Shown here: positions 59,233 through 64,000 of the stretch, in pieces | Numbering within the stretch: the stretch's first letter is position 1 | Layout of the letters: each line of letters starts with the position of its first letter | From: Candidatus Thorarchaeota archaeon | GTDB lineage: Archaea > Asgardarchaeota > Thorarchaeia > Thorarchaeales > Thorarchaeaceae | Direction of reading: 5' to 3' | DNA: 64,000 nucleotides | Assembly: GCA_029855935.1 (NCBI GenBank) | Contig: JAGSHN010000016.1 | Span: 64,001 to 128,000 of the forward strand | The notes under the pieces: model-generated | Seen by the model: the letters and a program-made list of their open reading frames with translations, nothing else | The model's database searches: none | What the model was told of the DNA's origin: nothing | Program-made: the position numbers and the translations under genes

Positions 59233-59999
59233 TCGTTGTTCACGTCCTCAAGAAACTTTGCGATTCGCTGCACATCGGGTCCTCCCGTCAGTGAGAGGAA
59301 GATCTCCTCAAGGGTGCCCTGTCGCTGTGCTCTCTCTCTGAGGTCATCCATCGTGCCCTCTGCGATCAGTTGCCCCTCCTGAATGATGCCAATCCGGTCG
59401 CACATTCTCTCCGCAATCTCAAGTACGTGCGTCGACATCAGGATGGTCGCTCCACGGTCACGCAGGCCCAGTAGTATCTCCTTGATGGTGGCCGCACCCC
59501 GCGGGTCGATTCCTGCCTGCACCTCGTCGAGTATTAGTACACGCGGCTTGTGGACCAGCGCAGCAACAAGGCTGAGCTTTCGGGCCATACCCTTTGAGTA
59601 GGTCTCTATCAGGTCGTCACAGGCATCGTAGATGTCAAGGAGCGTCATCAGGTCCTCTATCTCGGTGTCGCGCTCATGTCCACGTGGGATTCGCCAGATA
59701 TCACTGATGTAATTCACAAACTCCCAGCCTGTGAGTGTCTCGGGCAGGACTGGCTCTTCGGGGACATACCCCATGATTCTCTTGGCCGCCACAGGCTCTC
59801 TGAGGATGTCGTGGCCCGCGATTCGTGCCGTGCCCTCTGTTGGCCTGAGCAGCCCCAGTAGCATCCTCATTGTTGTGGATTTTCCAGAGCCATTCGGACC
59901 CAGCAGACCGTAGATCTCCCCGGGATTGACGCGGAACGTGAGAGAGTCGACCGCTCTCAGCTCGCCGAAGACCCTTGTGAGTTGGATGGCCTCTATCAT
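59229..59999 (-). CDS. ABC-2-type transporter ATP-binding protein
   Basis: GPNGSGKST, YSKGM, LILDE, STH. Confidence 0.93.
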   Translation of the reverse strand: MIEAIQLTRVFGELRAVDSLTFRVNPGEIYGLLGPNGSGKSTTMRMLLGLLRPTEGTARIAGHDILREPVAAKRIMGYVPEEPVLPETLTGWEFVNYISDIWRIPRGHERDTEIEDLMTLLDIYDACDDLIETYSKGMARKLSLVAALVHKPRVLILDEVQAGIDPRGAATIKEILLGLRDRGATILMSTHVLEIAERMCDRIGIIQEGQLIAEGTMDDLRERAQRQGTLEEIFLSLTGGPDVQRIAKFLEDVNND

Positions 60000-60331
60000 T
60001 GTTGTGGGCTATCATCAGGTTGGTGTGGTTATATGCGTTCGGGCTGGCACAATCGTAGTGGCGTGTGTGTATACTGAAAGCATTCCCCCAGCACGTTCTC
60101 CGTGCGCCGGAGTCCATCGCGGATTGTTTTATATATTACGCGTGGGCAACGAATAATAGCATATAATCCGACGGACAGGGACCTCCTGAGGACATGCTGC
60201 GACGCAGTACTTGAGCAAGTAGTCATACTGACGAGTAAGCTGCAAGGAGCGACGTCATGACTCTTGGTCGGTGGGACGTGGCATAGGTTTCAGCTGTGCG
60301 TGCCCTCTCCGTCAATGGAGTGTGTCTGACT

Positions 60332-60982
60332 ATGGTCAAGACTGTAGAAGCACCACCGGAGTTGCACGGACTCATTGAGAGCATCGAGGCGAAGTACGAG
60401 GAGATCTTCAAGACCCAGCTCGAGTTCAAGCCGGAGGAGAGCCGAATCAGGCTCGTCGGCGGTGAGGTCATGTTCATTGGCCTCAGGGCCATCGCCATCG
60501 ACCTCAAGAAGGAGCTGGACAGTGTACTCGGCGAGGCTGGTCGCAACCTGCTTATCTATCGTCTCGGGCAGTCCTTCGGCAGGGCGGAGGCAGAGCGTCT
60601 TCTCCCGGTCTTGGGACTGGACGACGTGGTGGCGAGAATCGCTGCGGGCCCCATATGGGCTGCATACTCCGGATTCGTCAGAGTCCGCCTGCTTCCGGGG
60701 AGCGTGATCGAGCCGAATGAGAACTTCTTTCTGTTCTATGAGCATCCCAACAACTTCGAGGCGTCCTTCTGGAAGAAGGAGGGTTTCAGTGCACAGGAGC
60801 CGGTCTGCTACTTCAATGCAGGATATTCCTCGGGCTGGTGTTCAGTGGCCACTGGTATCGACCTGGACGCAGAGGAGGTCCTGTGCGAGGCCAAGGGCGA
60901 TGCTGCGTGCCGATTTATAATGTTCCCCAGCAGCAGGAGAATGGAGTATTTGGAGCGCGCAGACGAGTTCAGGAATATGTAG
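60332..60982 (+). CDS. XylR_N/V4R domain protein
   Basis: GPIWAAYSGF, PVCYFNAGYSSGWCS, EVLCEAKGDAACRF; start ATG 60332. Confidence 0.9.
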   Translation: MVKTVEAPPELHGLIESIEAKYEEIFKTQLEFKPEESRIRLVGGEVMFIGLRAIAIDLKKELDSVLGEAGRNLLIYRLGQSFGRAEAERLLPVLGLDDVVARIAAGPIWAAYSGFVRVRLLPGSVIEPNENFFLFYEHPNNFEASFWKKEGFSAQEPVCYFNAGYSSGWCSVATGIDLDAEEVLCEAKGDAACRFIMFPSSRRMEYLERADEFRNM

Positions 60983-60995
60983 GCGGGGATGAACA

Positions 60996-61358
60996 ATGAG
61001 TGCGAAGATAAAGAAACTCACGGAGACGTTGAGCCAGCTTATTGCGAACAGTGAAGTCGAGGGCTGTGCACTTGTCAGCACGCGCGGCCAGATGATGGCT
61101 GCAAAGCTCGGAAAGGATGTCGACGACAAGGCGGTGTCAGCAATGGCCGCGGCACTCCTCTCCATCGGCAATAGGGTGGGCGAGGCTCTTGACTCGGGTC
61201 CTCCCAAGAACATCCTGATTGAGGGAGAGCGGAAGATGGTCCTCGTCAGGAGTATCGGAAATGCCACGCTGATTGCGACGGCACCTGCCGATGCCAAGGT
61301 CGGCCTCATCGACTTTGAGATGGACAAGGTCGCCCGTGAGATGGAGCAGATACTATAG
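60996..61358 (+). CDS. Roadblock/LC7 (MglB-like) protein
   Basis: EGCALVS.RG, SAM.AALLS.G.R....L..G....ILIEG, GLI. Confidence 0.9.
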   Translation: MSAKIKKLTETLSQLIANSEVEGCALVSTRGQMMAAKLGKDVDDKAVSAMAAALLSIGNRVGEALDSGPPKNILIEGERKMVLVRSIGNATLIATAPADAKVGLIDFEMDKVAREMEQIL

Positions 61359-61405
61359 TCGTGCGTTGGGCTGACTAGTGTCACTGATGGAGGAGGCTGC
61401 CGTAA

Positions 61406-62068
61406 GTGCCGAAGCTTGACCTTCGCGCCTACGACTTCAAGGTGTACGTGACAGGACCCTTTCAGGCCGGTAAGACGACTCTGATCCATACTCTCGACCC
61501 AGATGCCATATCGATTGAACGAGAGATGCGTGAGGCGTACCGGGGCGAGAAGGGCACCACAACTACTGGCTTCGACCTTGGTCGGGTCATATGGGTCCGG
61601 AAGGACGAGTCACACGATGGCCTGATTGTCCCCAAGAAGGAGTTCGAGAGGGAGGCCAGCGAGTACGAGGGCTGGATTGTCAAGGAGATTGAGCTCAGGG
61701 GTGTTCCAGGGCAGCTCCACTTCAAGTTCGTCAGGGACACCATGCGGTCTAACACGGATGGGGTCCTGATGGTCGTTGACTCCTCGGACTACGGGATGAT
61801 CGGGGATGCCAGCGCCATTCTGGCCGAGACAATTGCTTCCTTCGGAGAGATACCTCTTGAGGTCATTGCCAACAAGCAAGACCGCGATGACGCCGCCTCT
61901 CCCGAAGAGGTGGCGACGTGGCTTGGTGTTGATAGGGCCACGGGAACTTGTGCCAAGGAGCAGGAGTCGGCCAAGAACGCGCTCATCCGTCTCTTGAGGA
62001 AAGTCGAAGCCTTCAGCAACGCAGTCGAGGCTGAAACCGGCACGTCGACGTCAGTCCCCTCCTCATAG
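61406..62068 (+). CDS. Small GTPase, MglA/ATP_bind_1-like
   Basis: GPFQAGKTT, TTTGFD, GVPGQ..F, NKQD, TCA. Confidence 0.9.
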   Translation: MPKLDLRAYDFKVYVTGPFQAGKTTLIHTLDPDAISIEREMREAYRGEKGTTTTGFDLGRVIWVRKDESHDGLIVPKKEFEREASEYEGWIVKEIELRGVPGQLHFKFVRDTMRSNTDGVLMVVDSSDYGMIGDASAILAETIASFGEIPLEVIANKQDRDDAASPEEVATWLGVDRATGTCAKEQESAKNALIRLLRKVEAFSNAVEAETGTSTSVPSS

Positions 62069-62080
62069 TATGCATCTCAG

Positions 62081-62545
62081 GTGAGAACTATGGCAGCAGA
62101 TAACGAGACCATCCCGCCCGTTGGAAAGGTACGGGAGGCGGTGACCGGCTTCATGTCGCGCGTCCCCGTGTGGAGTGTCACGGTCTTCACAGTGGACGGC
62201 TACATCATCGCCCACCATTCCTCCTCGGAGACAATTCCAGAGGGACTAGAGATGGCAATTGCGAGTCTGTCCGCTGGGCTAATCACTATTGCTGAAGACT
62301 TCATCAGGATGGTTGACCCGTCGAAACTGTTCAAAATGGCGCTCGTCGACAGTGTGGACGAGCGCAATGCGCCCGGTTTCTCAGCAATCCTCGGGCACGT
62401 GGCTCAGAACGTCCTCCTCTCCTGTCTGTTTGCGAGGACTACACAGCTCGGGCTGGTGACCTTCGAGCTTGAGGGTCTAGCAAACGAGATACGCGAGATT
62501 GTGAATGAATGGGAGGTCAAGCTACACAGTGAGACAATGACGTGA
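62081..62545 (+). CDS. Divergent roadblock/LC7 protein
   Basis: VFTVDGYII, IASLSAGL..AE, TQLGLV.FE. Confidence 0.75.
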   Translation: MRTMAADNETIPPVGKVREAVTGFMSRVPVWSVTVFTVDGYIIAHHSSSETIPEGLEMAIASLSAGLITIAEDFIRMVDPSKLFKMALVDSVDERNAPGFSAILGHVAQNVLLSCLFARTTQLGLVTFELEGLANEIREIVNEWEVKLHSETMT

Positions 62546-62556
62546 GATGAGATCCA

Positions 62557-62991
62557 ATGACTATAGGAAAAGGCGAGCTACTCAGTCAAGTCATCGACGA
62601 CCTCACGAGGGAGCTGGACCAGAATCTTGTGATGTGTGTTGTGACAACCGAGCGCGGCCTGATAGTTGCAGCGGGGGGCGACGACCAGCTGAGCAACAAC
62701 CTCGCAGCCATGGTATCGCTGATGGTGGACACATCGCATAGGGTGGCAGAGAGTCTAGACCTCTCCACTCCCCGTGTTACAAGAATCGACACCACAGATT
62801 GGACGACAATGGTCTATGAGTTCCCAGTCCACGGTAGACCATTCCGGCTGGGCGTGGTCCTTGGAGCGTGGTCGGCAGGGAGATCCCGAAGCCGGTGGCG
62901 GTGGTCACTACGTCGAAGGCGTGGCAGGAGGAACGTCCAAGAAGTCTTGGGCAAGGCGGCTGACCGGATTCGAGAGATCCTAGAGGGCTGA
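62557..62991 (+). CDS. Roadblock/LC7 protein with Arg/Trp-rich insertion
   Basis: VVTTERGLIVA, LAAM.S....S.RVAE.L; ends AADRIREIL. Confidence 0.8.
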   Translation: MTIGKGELLSQVIDDLTRELDQNLVMCVVTTERGLIVAAGGDDQLSNNLAAMVSLMVDTSHRVAESLDLSTPRVTRIDTTDWTTMVYEFPVHGRPFRLGVVLGAWSAGRSRSRWRWSLRRRRGRRNVQEVLGKAADRIREILEG

Positions 62992-63019
62992 TGATCATTG
63001 CACGGAGTGTGACTACTCT

Positions 63020-63388
63020 ATGACTCAGAGGCTTACGGACTTGGAGAACGTACTGAGAGATCTTGCCCAGAGGTGCCCCATTGAGGCTGCAGCCATTGTG
63101 ACGATGCGCGGTCAGATGGTCTGTTCGCTGCTGACAACCAGCACTCCGGAGCGGGCCATGTCTGCCATGGCGGCATCCATTCAGTCAATTGGCGAGCGAG
63201 TGGGCAGAGAGCTCGGAGCAGGACGGCCGAAGACAATCATCATTGACGGTTCCGCCAAGAGCGTGATACTCACGGGGTTCGGCTCTATGATACTTGTCGG
63301 TACAGCCCCGGTGAACGCTGCAATTGCGCTGATCAAGTTCGAACTCCAGAATGCCATAGAAAAGATAAGGGCGATTCTGGGAGAATAG
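63020..63388 (+). CDS. Roadblock/LC7 (MglB-like) protein
   Basis: EAAAIVT.RG, MSAMAASI..IGERVG.ELG.G; close paralog of 60996..61358. Confidence 0.9.
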   Translation: MTQRLTDLENVLRDLAQRCPIEAAAIVTMRGQMVCSLLTTSTPERAMSAMAASIQSIGERVGRELGAGRPKTIIIDGSAKSVILTGFGSMILVGTAPVNAAIALIKFELQNAIEKIRAILGE

Positions 63389-63509
63389 ATGGGTCGCAGT
63401 CGTCGCTGGCCAGTCGTGCGGACATCCTCTCGCGGTTGCCTTCGGCCTGCGACACGAGCCCGACGCAGAGAGCAGCTGTGTGAAAAGTCAGCTACAAAGG
63501 AGTTGCAGA

Positions 63510-64000
63510 ATGCACGTCTCTCCATTCGTGGTGCGAGCACCAGGCCGACTGTGCCTGTTTGGCGAGCACAGTGACTACCTAGGCCTCGATGTAATAGCCG
63601 GTGCGATTGATCTGAGTGTCACGATGAAAGTTCAACCCCGGCGCGACTCGACCGTGACGCTATGGTTCGAGGTCACCGGCGAACGGGACACCTTCTCTCT
63701 GGACGAGCCCATCTCGTACAGACACGGAAGGGACTATGTGCGAGCCGCCTTTCGGGTCGCGCAGAGAGCGGGCCTGGGGATGACGGGCGCCGACATCACA
63801 GTCAGTGGTGATATCCCGCTCAGCTCTGGCCTCTCGAGTTCATCTGCGCTCACTGTGGCTGCCATTCTTGCGTGCCACACACTTGCCCGTGCCCCTGTCG
63901 ACCCAATGGAGGTTGCACATCTGGCATTTCAGGCAGAGGTTGTCGAGTTCGAGGAGAGCGGCGGGATGATGGACCACTCGGCGTCCGCCTTCGGAGGGCT
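63510..64000 (+). CDS. Galactokinase-like GHMP kinase (partial, runs off window end)
   Basis: Not in the ORF track: RAPGRLCLFGEHSDYLG, IPLSSGLSSSSA, GMMD. Confidence 0.88.
   Translation, partial: MHVSPFVVRAPGRLCLFGEHSDYLGLDVIAGAIDLSVTMKVQPRRDSTVTLWFEVTGERDTFSLDEPISYRHGRDYVRAAFRVAQRAGLGMTGADITVSGDIPLSSGLSSSSALTVAAILACHTLARAPVDPMEVAHLAFQAEVVEFEESGGMMDHSASAFGG

Noticed and set aside
1-64000. CRISPR arrays, tRNA/rRNA genes, and the many short antisense or alternate-frame ORFs in the track
   Set aside because: No regularly spaced repeats or cloverleaf/rRNA-like segments seen by eye. The short ORFs overlap well-supported genes and are expected shadows in GC-rich DNA.

Overview
A GC-rich, gene-dense archaeal window. 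The eukaryotic-signature proteins (Rab-like GTPase, gelsolin-domain protein, four roadblock/LC7 proteins, V4R, longin-like domain) point to an Asgard archaeon, probably Thorarchaeia; this is inferred from gene content. Most of the window is metabolism and transport: IorAB, PorGDAB, GalT/GalK, Fe-ADH plus AOR, PepD, a GGR-family reductase, GDPD and two ABC systems. Five regions stand out. (1) An accessory island at about 40.2-44.0 kb holds a secreted protein with a caspase/CHAT-like His-Gly...Ala-Cys domain and a hydrophobic-hairpin C-terminus, followed by a 4-TM gene. The pair is bracketed by a 118-bp direct repeat (76% identity) and lies next to an IS remnant, making it a candidate self-processing toxin/immunity cassette system. 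(2) A single protein joins a BBS2-like FG-GAP beta-propeller, an Ig-like domain, an acidic linker and a Rab-like GTPase. (3) An AcpS-FkbH-ACP operon, unusual for an archaeon, is flanked by hexapeptide acyltransferases and a polysaccharide deacetylase. (4) A V4R-roadblock-GTPase-roadblock x3 operon. (5) Four TrmB-like proteins, one with an ~850-aa helical insert. No tRNA, rRNA or CRISPR array was seen. All family calls come from reading motifs by eye; no database searches were run.
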